Origin: Schmidtea polychroa
Lineage: Eukaryota
Direction of reading: 5' to 3'
Assembly (NCBI GenBank): GCA_044892525.1
Contig: CM097885.1
Coordinates: forward strand, 4,156,001-4,220,000
Length of the DNA: 64,000 nt
Below, piece after piece: positions 33,306 to 47,348 of this stretch; position 1 is the first letter of the stretch; each line of letters begins with the position of its first letter. The translations under genes and the position numbers were made by a program. The notes under the pieces were generated by a model, which saw only the letters and a list, made by a program, of their open reading frames with translations, made no database searches and had not been told where the DNA came from.

Positions 33306-34757
33306 ATGCCAATTTTAGATAAAATGTTTGCAAGCGTATGGGAAATGATGAAGAGGAATAAATTTAAATTTGATAATGAAATCAGCAGTGAATTGATATG
33401 CAGAATTTGCAAATGTTTAATGATAAAGGCTTGCCAAGCTCCTTGCGGTTGCCACTTTTGTTCTGATTGCATTGAGCATTATTTGGATGGAGCGGATAAA
33501 TTCTGTCCAGGAGCAGCAAAACATTGTGGAAAGAAAATTATAAATTTCAATAAAGATGTTTATGAAGATCATGCGATCAATTTAAGGATTTCAGAAGTGA
33601 TAGTGAAATGCCCAATGCAAAATTGTCAATTCAAAGATGAATTAGATGCGATGGAGAGCCACATGAGAATATGCAACAAGCAGCCAATTAGATGCCCGTT
33701 CAATAGGATTGGATGCGAAACCAATGAGGTGGTGAAGGATGAAATGGGAGTCCATCTCAATGAGAACAATGAAGGTCACAGCAAATTACTGATTGATCAG
33801 ATCAGCAATTTGTGCAATGAGATGCGGGAAATGAGAGAGGAGAATGCCAAATTGCGTGAGGAAATTATTAATATCAATGTAAAATTTTATTTGTAATTAA
33901 TTTAATTGATATTTGTGATTGTAGGTGAAATTGTGCAATATTGAAAGGAAAGAGGCGGAGAACAGAGCAGAAATAGAAGAATTGAATGAGGAAATGGTGG
34001 CAGTGAAGAATGAGAATCGCTCATTGAGAATGGAGATGGAGACAAATATTGGATCAATCAATCAAGTTTGATTATTGATTTGATTTGTTATTGATTTGTT
34101 ATTGATGCAAAGCAGGTCAGACAGCAAATTGAGGTGATTGTAGCAAACTGTCAACAGCAAATTGATGAGATGAAAGAGAAATGCGAGCAGCGGCTGCAAC
34201 GGGAGAATGAAAAGGTGATTTATTGATTTATTGAAATGTTTGAATTTGAGATTCAGTTGCAGCTTGAAATGACAAAATGCGCCAATGAAATTCGGCAGGT
34301 TGAAACAAAATTAGGAAGTGAAAAATATATAAATTATGGATTTTTTGAATGGCAAATCGATAAATTTTCACAACAAAAGAGAAATGAATATATTTACAGC
34401 GAGGCATTTTATTCCGGGCCAATCGGTTACAAAATGTGTTTGGCGGTGTGGATTGGGGGTAATCGGTATTGGGGTATTGATGCTGGTTTCTGTGTGATGC
34501 GTGGGGCAAATGATGAGCAATTGGATTGGCCGTTCAATCAATCGGTGGCAATCGATGTGATCGATCCAGCAAATGGCAGCATTTATATGAGCAAGTCAAT
34601 GAAATATTCAGATCGCCCTGATGCAGCCGGATGGGGGAAACCGCGAGGTGACAGAAATGATTCAATTCGCATTTATAATTATCTTGATTGCTCAGCCTAT
34701 CAATTAGCAACCAAAAATGATAAATTGCTGCTCAGGTGCAGAACTGAAAAATTATGA
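33306..34757 (+). CDS. TRAF: TNF receptor-associated factor-like protein; exons 33306-33878, 33925-34065, 34116-34214, 34257-34757
   Basis: RING (CRIC..CGCHFCSDC), TRAF zinc fingers, coiled coil and MATH domain (SEAFYS..GYKMCL..LDWPF); short phase-0 GT-AG introns. Confidence 0.92.
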
Positions 34758-37507
34758 CATTTAAAAAAACATTTCAATAAAAAATTGATTTATTTTGGCT
34801 TTTGATTTGTTTTATTATGCGTTTGATATAATTATGTAATGCTATCAAGTTGTGATTGATAAATGAAATGAATTATTTATATTTGATCATTTATTAATAT
34901 TTCTGTGAGTCATTATACTTATTTCCACATTTAGGCCATTTCCTGCATAACGTGTAATTCATGAGTAAATTCGCCTCAACGAATTCTCCATCGTGATGAT
35001 GGCAAATGGAGGAAATGATCAAATGATAGAAATGATCTCATTTGCATTTATAATTGCCTTGATATCTCAATCAATTCATTTGCTGCCACAAAGAGATAAA
35101 TTGCTGCTCAGATGCAAAATTGAAAATTTGAAATGCATTTAAACAAATATTTAAATAAAAATTGATCTAATTGTTTTCACTATTTATATTAATTGTTTTA
35201 ATTTTATTTAAAAATAATATTTGCGCTTTATTCATATTATTTTGCTTTCAGTATTTATTGTTATGAGCTTGACCGATTTGATGCTTTAATATCGGTGGTC
35301 AATTCTGACTACTCTGTATGTAGGAGTCAGGTGAATCCGTCAGGACGAGTCGTGATCTCTGTATGACTAAAACTGGCTTCTCTGTTACTTCATTCTTTAT
35401 CAAAATATCAAGTCATTGGGGCATCGGGACATCTGGGTTTTCCAGTTTATTATTATTTATGTTGATCGTTTATATATTTGTTGTGAAGTAAGCTACTATG
35501 CCTATGGAGAGGGGGGGGGGAGGGTGGGTAGTTAATTTTGGTTTTGCAATTCGTAGCTTAAATATAAGTTTGTTTTTATTTATTCTTCTGTATTTATTGG
35601 GATATATTAATTGCTGTATCCTATCCTTTTCTTTGAAGGCCATGCCTGGATTGTTTAGGTCTCTGTCCTGTTGTGTGGACAGGTTATTAATGTAGTTAAT
35701 ATATATTGTCACGGATGTGTATGGGTTCCTGTTATTTATTATTTTAGTAATAAGGCCGTCTATCTCTCCTCTAATAGTCCTTATATCTGGAATTGTGATA
35801 TTTGCGTTGAGATAAAAGGCAAATGGCATATGTAGAGGCATGATTCTGAGATATTTTGGCATTGTCGATACTAGACATCTTTTTGTGTTTATTGTTTCAT
35901 GAAAGGATTGTAATACTATAAGAGAGGGGGCTATATGAGATTGAGTTAGCTTCTGAGTTTCCTGTGTTATGATTTCTGTTTGGTTAGTATTCATTTTACT
36001 ACCTTTATTTTCCATTGATGGCTTTGTTGATAAGAAATAGATATAGGTGGGGGGTGGCAATTTTCTTTTGGTTATCTTTAGTATTTTTGTTATTGTTTGA
36101 ATTGTTTGCAGTGGCTTTCTTTATATTGGTTTTATTTGATTAGACAGGGAGATTATTTTGGGGGTATTCATTAAAACCAAAGGTAGTCTGTGGCTGTTGT
36201 GTGTTATTTTTATGTTTATTGTGACATTTTTCGGTGAAATGTTATTGTTTGTTTTTAGAGGAGAGTATTGTATTTTATTCAAACTCTCATCATCTAATTC
36301 AGGATTAGAGGTTGTTTCTATATCTATAAGACTCATTGGGGTATAATTCTCGATATCTTCTAATTCCTGGTGTTGTTGGGGCATGATTTTTACTATGTCC
36401 CTCTGTTGATTGTATAGGTTATGTATGGTGTGGTCTGCGTGAATTGTTTATGTTATGTAAGTTGGAAATATTTGTTTCTAATGCAGTGTTGTTTGAGTTT
36501 TGTGGGGTGCTTGGCATACTTAATGTAGTAGTTTTAATAATATTTTATGGATTGAAAGCTGATGATTGTGAATGAGTATTTGTATTGGTTTTATTGGTTT
36601 TATTTTTATAATTGGTTTTATAATATGGACTGTATCGTTATTGATTGATATAAGTTGTTGTTTTGTAAGGTTTTGATTTATGACAAGATAGGTTATTAAT
36701 TGTATTTATTAAAACGCTTGATTATGAATCAGTAAATATATCGATTTTTTTGATATTCAATGTCAATTGAAAAGAAATCAGTAGTAAAAATAGAATAAAA
36801 GTTCATAAGTTTATTAATTGTTTGTATTTATAATTTAATATAAAAAAGAAATCGGTTATTATATTATAGTTAATTTGTTTACAATTATTTCTGAGTTGCG
36901 TATAAATGTGGTAAAAAGTTGTTTGTATAAGTTATTCAAGGTATTAATGGTATAGATAATATTGTGGCTGTTGTTTGGTGGTATTGGGATGTTATTTGTT
37001 GGAAAAGGTTGTATGGTACGGTTGTTTATTATGTGGGTTTACTATTTCGGTTAGTTGGTAGTATTTGCTATTGAGGTTATTAAAAATTGCAAATGTATTT
37101 GATAGGGCATTCAAATGGATAATATGTATATTACGGAATCGTTTTAGTATGTCTGCAAAATATGCATTACCTATTATATTTATCTTATTTATCTAATTTG
37201 TTGATTGTCTGATACTAGTAAATATATTACTAATATGTATATTTTTGTCAAATGTAACTGCCGGCGAAGTGCGTATAAAAATATTTTTTTCCTGTTTTTC
37301 ATCAAACTACATAATTAAATTTATACAAAAAAACAATATTTTTAAATGTTCGTTGTTATTTAGTGCAGCGTTTACCAAAGTGTGGGTCTCAATCCTGGGT
37401 TGTGGAAAATTTTGTAAAAACACAAAAAGAAATCATTTACATATTATTACATCGGTTAGTCAGTAGGAATAATGCAGAAGTGTGTATACAAATACAAATA
37501 GCTGCTA

Positions 37508-39916
37508 CACCAAACACCACTGAGAACCATTTCCTATAATATAACAAAAAAGTCAATAATCTTACATTTTAGAAACATACATACTTACTTTGATTTCACG
37601 TTGATGTTCTCATTTAGAGTGCAGTCAGATACATCTTATACTATGGAAATCTGAAAAATAAAAGAAAAATTAAAAACTGCACACAAACACAAGACATACT
37701 AAAAAAACACATACAAACTTTTGATTCATCGAAATGCACCGTTGAGATACATTTCTATAAAAATTCTAATTTAGACAATATTTGGATAAAAAAAGATCGC
37801 TGAAAATTTTTAAAAATATATTTTTAATGAAATTTCAAGAGCAGATGAATTTTGTTCAATGTCTTTTCAATCCATATTTGCTTTCCTGAAAGAAGCCCTT
37901 CATATTGAGCTCAGAAAAAAAATTTACAAAAGTTATTTTATTTTTATTATTCGGGGATTTTTCCCAAAATGTTTTAGAAAAGTACATATTTTTGTTAATT
38001 CATTTATTTAATTATAATTAAAAACATATCTAACTCACATTTTTATCGAAAATATTCCAAAATACTTGTCATAAAATATCAAAAATCCCTGAAAATTAAT
38101 TAAAAATAATTTATAATTATAATGTTGACTAAAAGTAAAATTTAAGAACTTGAATAATGATCTCATATCTATATGGATCAAAATTCAAGACTTAAACTTT
38201 ACTTAAAATTAAATATCTTACCTGAAAGCCATTTCTAAAATGGCTAAAATAAATTTCCAAAAAACATTCATTATTGTAAGCAATTCAGTAAATGATAAAT
38301 ATAAATTGATGAAGATGATTAATACAGTAAATTGGTGAGAGAAATTGATCTACACACCAACCACCACTATACACCCAATTCCGAAATTTAATAACCTCTT
38401 TAATTCACGTTGGTGTGCACACCAGTTGAGTGAGTCACCATTTACGTGAAAATGAAGTTATTAAATTTCATTTATTCAATTTATTAAAAATGGTTTTCAG
38501 GTAATTTTTTTAATTTCAAGTATATTTTAAGACTTGAATTTTGATTTTATATAATTATGAGATCATTATTCAAGTTCTTAAATATTACTGTTAGTCATCA
38601 TTTATAATTTATCATTTATAAATATATTAATAATTAAATTTCAGGTGTTTTTAGGAAATTTATGATATTTTATGCATTAATATGGAACTATTTCGCTAAA
38701 ATGTAAGTTAGATATTTTTATATTTATAAATAAATAAAGTAATCACCAAACAAATTTATTGTTTTAAGACATTTAGGAAAAAATCGGCGTACATGAATGA
38801 AATAGTTTTTTAAATTTTTATAATCTTCTTTCTGCAGCTCATTTTCGATGGCTTTTTTCTTTCTGTAAATCAAAAGATCTCGAAGGACCTTCAATATTTG
38901 AAATGCTGCCTTCACACATGCTATAAAATATTTTAATATTTTGTAATTTAATGAATAAAACTTACATTGTATTTTCTTCTTTTTCCCTAAAGCTCAAGGT
39001 AGAGCTGTCGGAATCTAAATTAAAAGTTTTTTCTTGCATTTTTTAATAATTTTAAAATAAGTTAGTTTTTTTAATTTAAGTAACTTTTAAGGTTTGAATT
39101 TTGATTTTATAAAATTATGAGATCACTATTCAAGCTTTTAAATGTTATTTGTAGTCAACATTTTGATTATAAATTATTTTTAATTAATTTTCAGGATTTT
39201 TATAGGATTTTTATAACTATGAATTTATTTGGAATTATTTCAATAAAATGTAAGTTAGATTAATATTTTTAACTATGAATAAATAAAGAAATCACCATAA
39301 ACATTTATTTTTTTAAGACATTTAAGAAAGAAGCGGAGTAGTATTTTAAGTTTTTGTAATGTTCTTTATCCAGCTCATTTAAATGGCGAATTTTGTCATT
39401 TTATGTAATTCTATGAAATTATTATTTTTTTATACAAGTTATAAAAATTTACGATTTTCGAATTTTTTTCCAGAAAAATATCTAAAAATCTAAAGAAATA
39501 ATAACTTCAAAAATATTTTATAAATAGATTTTACGATGTTTTGTCGTCCTTTTATCGAAAACTCAAAGTAGAGTTGTCCGATTGAAAATCCAAAAATTTT
39601 TCTGCCATGAATTTTAATATATTAAAAATAATGATATGTTAACAATATGTTAATGACTTTCTACTTTCGGAATAAAAAAAGCTATATTAAATTTACGTGT
39701 ATTTTATATTATGTGTGCTGCTGTGTTTGTATGTAAAATTATTTTTCTGTTACTTTCTCAATTCCTATAATAAAACTTTTAACATTCGGAACATTAAATT
39801 TTTGCACACAGGTAAGTTTGTGTGTTGCTATAGTAAAATTTTATCGATTTTTTTTAGATTATTAACTTTTATATTCTGGATTTAGGTGTAGAGAATGATC
39901 TCAGTGGTGTTTGGTG
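37508..39916. mobile_element. Non-autonomous TIR/foldback-like element
   Basis: TIRs CACCAAACACCACTGAGA / TCTCAGTGGTGTTTGGTG flanked by TA; internal inverted and direct copies of a TTCAAG..TGAGATC block. Confidence 0.65.
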
Positions 39917-40374
39917 TAGAAACGGTTAGCACGAACCGGCTGAATCCTACCACTGATTATTATGCGTTATTAAGTTTAGCTTGTTTGAATAGTCAATTAC
40001 CAACACATTCATAGTGTAATCATTCATCCGTTTCATTCAGTTACTTTAGCATAATATAAAAACAATCAATAAGATGATCCACTTATTTGACATTAAAATG
40101 ACTTCATTCCATGGCCAACATCTTTTCAAATATATATTTGTTTTACTTTATGAGTGGGATTGATCCATGTCGCCGGACTCAAATTCAGGGACAAAATGCG
40201 GCGGAATTTCAAATTGATAATAAATATTGCAAAAAAGACAACACCGGGAATTATTGATCACATTGTGTAATAAAAAATCAGTGAAATGAAAGTATTAAAT
40301 ATGCGCTGCTTTGATAAAGAAAGAGAGAAAGAGAAGGCGTTAGCAAATTACCATAATCAAAACTGATCCCAAAA

Positions 40375-40376
<2 letters not shown>

Positions 40377-40444
<68 letters not shown>
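40377..40444. repeat. (AT)n microsatellite
   Basis: Perfect AT run just past the ABHD17 stop. Confidence 0.97.
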
Positions 40445-40450
<6 letters not shown>

Positions 40451-40451
40451 A

Positions 40452-43400
40452 TCATTTACCATGGTAAACCGAATCCGAGAATTGAGTTTGGAAAAATTCT
40501 AATTCATTGTCGATTAGATATTGCAACCGATGCAAATATCCAGGAAACATTTCAATATTGTTGTGACCAGCTCCTTCAATTATTAGAGGATCTAACAGCC
40601 TTTCCGATGGAATCCGTTTCAACAGTTCATAGCTGTGCTCGATCGGTGTCACTTCATCATCCAGGCCATGGATAACCAAAACTCGACATCGAATATATTT
40701 AATGTTGTGTAAACTAGATGTAATATATAATAACATAAATATGAAACTGCTCAATCACATAATTCATTGGTCTTGCTGACCATAGGTTAATTGGCTATGG
40801 CATGTGATGGATAATGACCATAATCATATATAATTACTATTGTCCCGTGTTAATTGGGGACTATTATGTGCTACTATTATATAGGTCGTACATATTATTG
40901 ACGTCGAATAAGTTTGTATTGTACGGTATATTAGCTGAAAAGAGCCACATTAAATTATCAGTATCTGATAATATTGGCCATTTATTTACAATACAATTCT
41001 ACACAGAATTCATATCGAATAAATTGCATAAATTATGATACTCTCTATCTAGTTACTTTTTATCTGCAATTTCGCTTATTTTCATTTAGTTCTCAACCAT
41101 AGATCAATTTTTCGTATTTAACATAAATTTTTGGAAACGGCGTTTCCAAGTGTTTTTGACAGTACTAATTTACTAGTAATAATAAAAAACAAGAAATGAC
41201 GTTGTAATTGCTCGTTGCTTAGATGATAATTGAAGGTTAATTTTGATTAGGAGGTTTCTTAAAAACGTCTTGTAAAGGTTGGTATTTTGTTTCGACAATT
41301 AATGGAAATATATTATTTATTTTTCCTAATTTTTGTGATAATTGTTGGTTTTGTTTTTTGATGTGTTCATTAAGTCAAACGCAGAAAGCTCTAAGTTTTT
41401 CATAAATCTTAGACAAATTGATTTATAAACAATGCTTTTTGAAAAACATAAAGTATCTGGCAGAAGACAGGTAAAGATATTTGATTTTGGAAATTTTCAA
41501 AGTTGTAGTTTTAGAGGTACAGAAGTAATGAAAGTTGGGTGAATATGGACAATATTTTGCAAAGAATGATGCCGATTTTATTGGGTGTGGTGCATTTTTA
41601 AGAAAAGAAAGTATAGATCATGGGTTTTACTGTACCTCCTGAAATTTCATTCATTTAGTTTGGATACAATTTGGTACTCATCTTGAAAAAAGATTCCTGT
41701 TTAGTCTACTATTTTAAGCCAGAATTTTTCTTATGCTATATTTTTCCCCAATTAGTAGCACGATTTGTATTGGATTTGGACATAGTTTCCTATGGGAAAA
41801 AATTATTATTGTTTAGAATCTTAAATACGTGCTTACATTTAGTGAAGCTTACCACGATATCTAAAAATAAGATTTTATCCTTAGAGTTAGAAAAGGTGAA
41901 AATACGTTGTATATTGGTGTTAATAGAGTTTCGGTGTGATAAAGTTGATAGGAGTCGATGAAATGTTTTATATAATTTAGTGTGTCTGAATTTATTGTTA
42001 ATTTGAGAAAGTCAAGATCAATTTCTTAAAGGGATTTTAATGAAAAGGTTATAATGTTGAAGATTTTATTTTATTTAGAAAAGGAAGTATTCCCTTAAGT
42101 CAGAGCTTTCCAACCAGTGTGTCGCGACACTTTAGTGTGTCGGCAGCTCTGCATAGGTGTGTCGCGTGAACATAATGAAAAGCCACCGAGTCCCTTAATT
42201 TTATAAACTTTTTAACGATTGTTAGACTGAAATACAATACACATATATACCGTATTTCCCCTATAATAAGACCTACCTCGAAAATAAGACCTAGCGTGAA
42301 TTATTCGCCCACAAAAAATATAAGACCTACCCTGAAAATAAGACCTACCTTGAAAGATCTGTTTACTTATTTACATAACGAAAAAAATAGTAATTTTAAT
42401 TCAAATTAGCCATAAATATATGCTTTAAAGTGTCAAATACTGGCAAATCTGTTAGTTATTCAATTCCCAATCCAATGATCATGACCATAATTTTAAAATC
42501 ACATGTGTCGGTTTTACATGGATTTTTAGGTATTTTAATACATGTTCTGTTCAGATGTCTTACATACACCTCCTTCACGTGTAGTTTAGGTTCGAACATA
42601 TTGAATTGCTCGGGCAATTGCATTTTAGCATATTGTTATAAAATTTATATTTTTTTTTATCTATCCCTGGGACTTTCTTTCGATTTTACGTCATAAGGTT
42701 GTTATGCCCGAAAAAAAATAATTTTTTTTGACTGAAAAAAGTTAGTCATATTCATAAGTCACTATAAACGAAACATAAAGATATTAGACCATAAATCGTG
42801 ATTCGCATGGTATACAGGCGTCACGCATGTGAAATGTGTGTTATTTATTTTTCATTAAAATGAAATAATGTGATATAGATAAACTTTTCACAGTGGATAC
42901 TTTGTTTCAACAAAAATTGCATTTATATGATCAACAATCTAATTACCCGAAAATAAGCCCTAGGTAGCTTTTTTTCTGAAAATTTGAAGTAAGACAGTGT
43001 CTTATTTTCGGGGAAATACGGTAGTCTTTCGTGTTTTAGCTGCGAGAACGCTTGTTTACCCTATTTATTAGTTAATCGTTGGAATTCGATATTTATATTT
43101 AAATATGTTTCACTGTCTCTTGTATAACGGTTTACCATATGGCGTAAGTTGTATGACGTCTGGTTTTCTGGTAAAACTGATTTGCTGTGTCGCGAAATGA
43201 TGGAAGTCTAAAAAGTGTGTCACAAGCATGAAAAGGTTGGAAAGCACTCCCTTAAGTATTGATTTTTAAAGAATAGAATAGTGACTTCACGAGTTTAATT
43301 GGGTTGAGATCTTCAGATCGCAAAAAAACATGAGTATTTTGAGAATTTTAGAAAGAACATTTGAGAGTTAATGAAAGAGGTTATCAAATTATTTAAGTTA

Positions 43401-46400
43401 TTCCATTTCCTTTGTAACTGTAAATGTTTGGAAACAGATGTCAACTTTTACTAAACGAAAACTCAAACGATAATGTCGAAAAGTTTTGTTAAACGGAAGC
43501 CAAATGAAGATAAATGAAAAAATTAGCGTTGTTACTGATACGCAATAAACTTTTTTGGATTCCTTTATCAAAAGATGAATTTTGTTTTTCAAATCGCGAT
43601 GATTGATGATGTCAACAACTTTTTAATTAATTATTTGAATCCTTTGATTAAGAGCCTCTCTTGAATTTGAATATTTGTCATTGCCGTTTACATTTTCTCT
43701 CATGGAAATATATTGATTTTTACCTTCTAAATTCAAGTAATTAACTTTCAAATTGGAAAGGAATTTAGAAAATGAGCTCAATAACCTGTTTAGCAGTATT
43801 AACGATTTTTAAAAGGCAGAGAGGTTATTTAAAGGTTTTCATCAAACTTTGAGACAGATAATGAAGATTTGGCTTGATAAAAGATACAAAGAATGAGAGA
43901 ACGGAATACAACGGGATAGAAAATGATTACAAGGGTAAATATTGCGAGCTCGTGCTTACTGTTATAAATTATGATTTATTGAGATGATCTAGGTAGGTGG
44001 GAACTGTGGAACTAACCGCCAGCTGTTTTAATTAATTTCACCCGGGGAAAAAATCTTTTAGAAAGAATTTAGGTAGAAAGAAATTTTTCGTCACATTGGA
44101 TCAAGTGTCACATTGATATGTTTGTCACGCTTAAACAATGCTCTCTCTTTTATAAATTCAATGGAAAAAAAAGTTCTAATAATAGAAAAAATATAAATTC
44201 AATTGAATATTGTATATTATTGATTATCTTTATAATGTTTATAATCGATTATATAATATAATTATAATTGCAATTGATTGATTATATATTATAATTATAA
44301 TTTCAAATAATCGATTATATAATATAATTATAATTTCAAATAATCGATTATATAATATAATTATAATTGCAAATAATCGATTATATAATATAATTATAAT
44401 TACAATTAATCGATATATAATGTAATTGCAAGTAATTCTGAATTTGTGGATAAATAATGTTTAAAGAAATTTGACAAAAAAAGAAATTCAATCTCCCAAT
44501 TTCGGTTGACGCCCTATCTGTTAGAACCGAGTCAAAATCAATTAACGCTACGAGGAAGCCAGTTGATCAAACCAAATTGTGAAAGAAAATTTATCGCAGT
44601 TTGATAATGAACAAATTGACTATTCTAACATAACTCGCTTGTTGATTGGATCCGAGATTAAACCAATCATTTACAATTGACCAATGAGCAACTGAGATAT
44701 ATGATTCCAATTCATTTACTCTTATCACTGCCAGATTGGATACAATTTGATTTATTTACCTATTAGAATTTATTTGATGGCCTGATTGGCAATCAAATCC
44801 ATTGCTAGGGGGCATGGAGGAACACGTAGTACTAGATATAGCAGAATTACTATGGAAGGCTCCTATTACTAAGGGTGTTATTGGCTATGATAATGGCATC
44901 ATATTTGCAATATTCCTTTATAATTCCAATAACAAATTCCTAGCATAGAAGCGTTGCTATGGGTGATGTCCCCCCTCGGGTGCCAAATGGACGCGTAAAT
45001 GGGAATGGGGAGGTGCGAGGAGTATTCATATCATTATATGGAGCTAACTCAATATAATCATTATAAATGACCATCCGATATGAATTCCTAGCATAGAAGC
45101 GTTGCTATGGGTGATATCCCCCCTCGGGTGCCAAATGGACGCGTAAATGGGAATGGGGAGGTGCGAGGAGTATTCATATCATTATATCAGGCTAACTCGA
45201 TATAATCATTATAAATGACCATCCGATATGAATTCCGAGCAAATGAGCGTTGCTATGGGTGATATCCCCCCTCGGGTGACAAATGGACGCGTAAATGGGA
45301 ATGGGGAGGTGCGAGGAGTATTCATATCATTATATCAGGCTAACTCGATATAATCATTATAAATTACCATCCGATATGAATTCCTAGCATAGAAGCGTTG
45401 CTATGGGTGATATCCTTCCTCGGGTGCCAAATGGACGCGTAAATGGGAATGGGGAGGTGCGAGGAGTATTCATATCATTATATGGAGCTAACTCAATATA
45501 ATCATTATAAATGACCATCCGATATGAATTCCTAGCATAGAAGCGTTGCTATGGGTGATATCCCCCCTCGGGTGCCAAATGGACGCGTAAATGGGAATGG
45601 GGAGGTGCGAGGAGTATTCATATCATTATATCAGGCTAACTCGATATAATCATTATAAATGACCATCCGATATGAATTCCTAGCATAGAAGCGTTGCTAT
45701 GGGTGATGTCCCCCCTCGGGTGCTAAATCACCCACAAATCATTCAAAAATTAGCACGAAGGAGGCCGCTGGAAATCCCAGTTAATTTATCGGGTTAAATT
45801 AATCAAATCAATTCTCAATCTGACTCACTTGTTGAGTACATCGCAACAGTGGCATAATTTCATACAACAGCAGCAATTGAGAAATTTAAATCCACTTGCC
45901 AAAGGAGAATGCAAAATGGCGACTCCGAATCGAAATTTGGTTGCTAGGAAAATAGTCGGAACGCTGCCAATGCTCTGGCCGTATAGGATGATATTTTTGT
46001 GTGGAATGTCCAAGTTCTGATGCATAAATTCAAGCACTGAAACAATGTTAGAATACAAATTCCGTTCTGATGGATGGCCAGAAGATGTACCGTATCCAGA
46101 ATAATCATATGCGATAATGTTAACTTTCAATTTCAATCCTAATTCAATCAATTTCTTTGCTATCAATCCAATGTCAACCGCATTTCCGTGGCTGTAGAGA
46201 ATTGTATTTTTAGTCCATGGAGCTGTTTTCAAATAGATACAAGACAGATTATTACGTTTTTTAGTTTTGATTATGTAATAATTCAGGAAATGTTCATGAT
46301 CTTTTCCAATATCAAAATCATTATAATTGACAAGAAATTTTAAGTGATATTGAGAATCGTGCATAATTGAATATGTGCATGGTGGAGGACTAAATGCTGC

Positions 46401-46472
46401 TTTGGAAACGATAGACGGTAGGTAAGGTGGACAACAAAACAAGCAAAATAATTTTGAGCATACAATTCCCAT
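40452..46472 (-). CDS. ABHD17: Alpha/beta hydrolase ABHD17-like depalmitoylase; exons 46472-45829 and 40713-40452
   Basis: N-terminal LFCCPP cluster, SHGNAVD, YDYSGYG, YGQSIG, VIHGLDDEV and GAGHNN motifs; the phase-2 join gives DVLNNLHNIK. Confidence 0.93.
42101..43249. mobile_element. hAT-type MITE
   Basis: CAGAGCTTTCCAACC / GGTTGGAAAGCACTC ends; 8-bp TSD CCTTAAGT at 42093-42100 and 43250-43257. Confidence 0.88.
42250..43021. mobile_element. pogo/mariner-type MITE nested in the hAT MITE
   Basis: CCGTATTTCCCC..AATAAGAC / GTCTTATT..GGGGAAATACGG ends with TA flanks. Confidence 0.88.
44935..45723. repeat. 148-bp tandem repeat, ~5.3 copies (intronic)
   Basis: Unit starts at 44935, 45083, 45231, 45379, 45527 and 45675. 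Confidence 0.96.
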
Positions 46473-47348
46473 TACCGAAACATTTGATCAAAAATAATCT
46501 AAAAATATAAAATTTGTTTAAAAAATAATCATAATTTTTAAAACTGGATATTAAAATTTATGTAACAAGTCGTAAATGAAATATTTTTATAAAATCAATT
46601 TAATAAACTTTAGAATAATTTATTTTATTTGAAAAATATTTTGGACGATTAATAATTATTGAAATATTAAAACACTTTTAGATATTTTACTTAAGCTATT
46701 TTAAAGAAAATGATAAAAGTTATATTTTATAGGTTCATTTAATAACCTTCGTAAATTACACTAAATTATAAGTATAATTTTAAAAAAATTTCTATGATAA
46801 ATTTATGATACTGCGAAAAGTAATAATTTATTTTCATTTCCTGAACCTTTTGATAGAAAAAATTACGTCATCAGATATACTTTGTTCATATTTGATTGGT
46901 GTCATACGGTATAAATAAACTGACTGTGGTGACAAATTCACCGAGAAATAGATCAATTAGAGAAATAACTATTGGCCCATCAGCAATGAATCCAAGGAAC
47001 GTTAGTTAGGCGAAGTAATATTATTTACTTGATTACAGAATACGATAATTCCTATTGAAAGCAAATTCTTATCAACAAAATTATTAACATCCCTAAAGTA
47101 TTACCCTAAATAACCAGAGATAAATTCAAACAATAAACTAAAACAAAACAACCAATGAAAAGCCAAACAAGTAAATGAGCAATTTATTCATCAAATCCAT
47201 TACAGAAGAAAATCAATAGAAAAGATAAATAATAATAATAATAACTGCATCAGAATGTGTAAAAATTATAAACGGTGCAAATACTGATCAAAAGAAAGTT
47301 CATATAAAGCTGAGGAATTTCCCATCTGAATTGAAATTGCTTTCCGAT

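Noticed and set aside
35300..35370. Possible hammerhead ribozyme near the CTGACT..AGTCAG stem
   Set aside because: No CUGANGA/GAAA core found on either strand.
35470..36384. 196-aa and 87-aa minus-strand ORFs
   Set aside because: Biased composition from strand skew and no motif; possibly an element relic, left uncalled.
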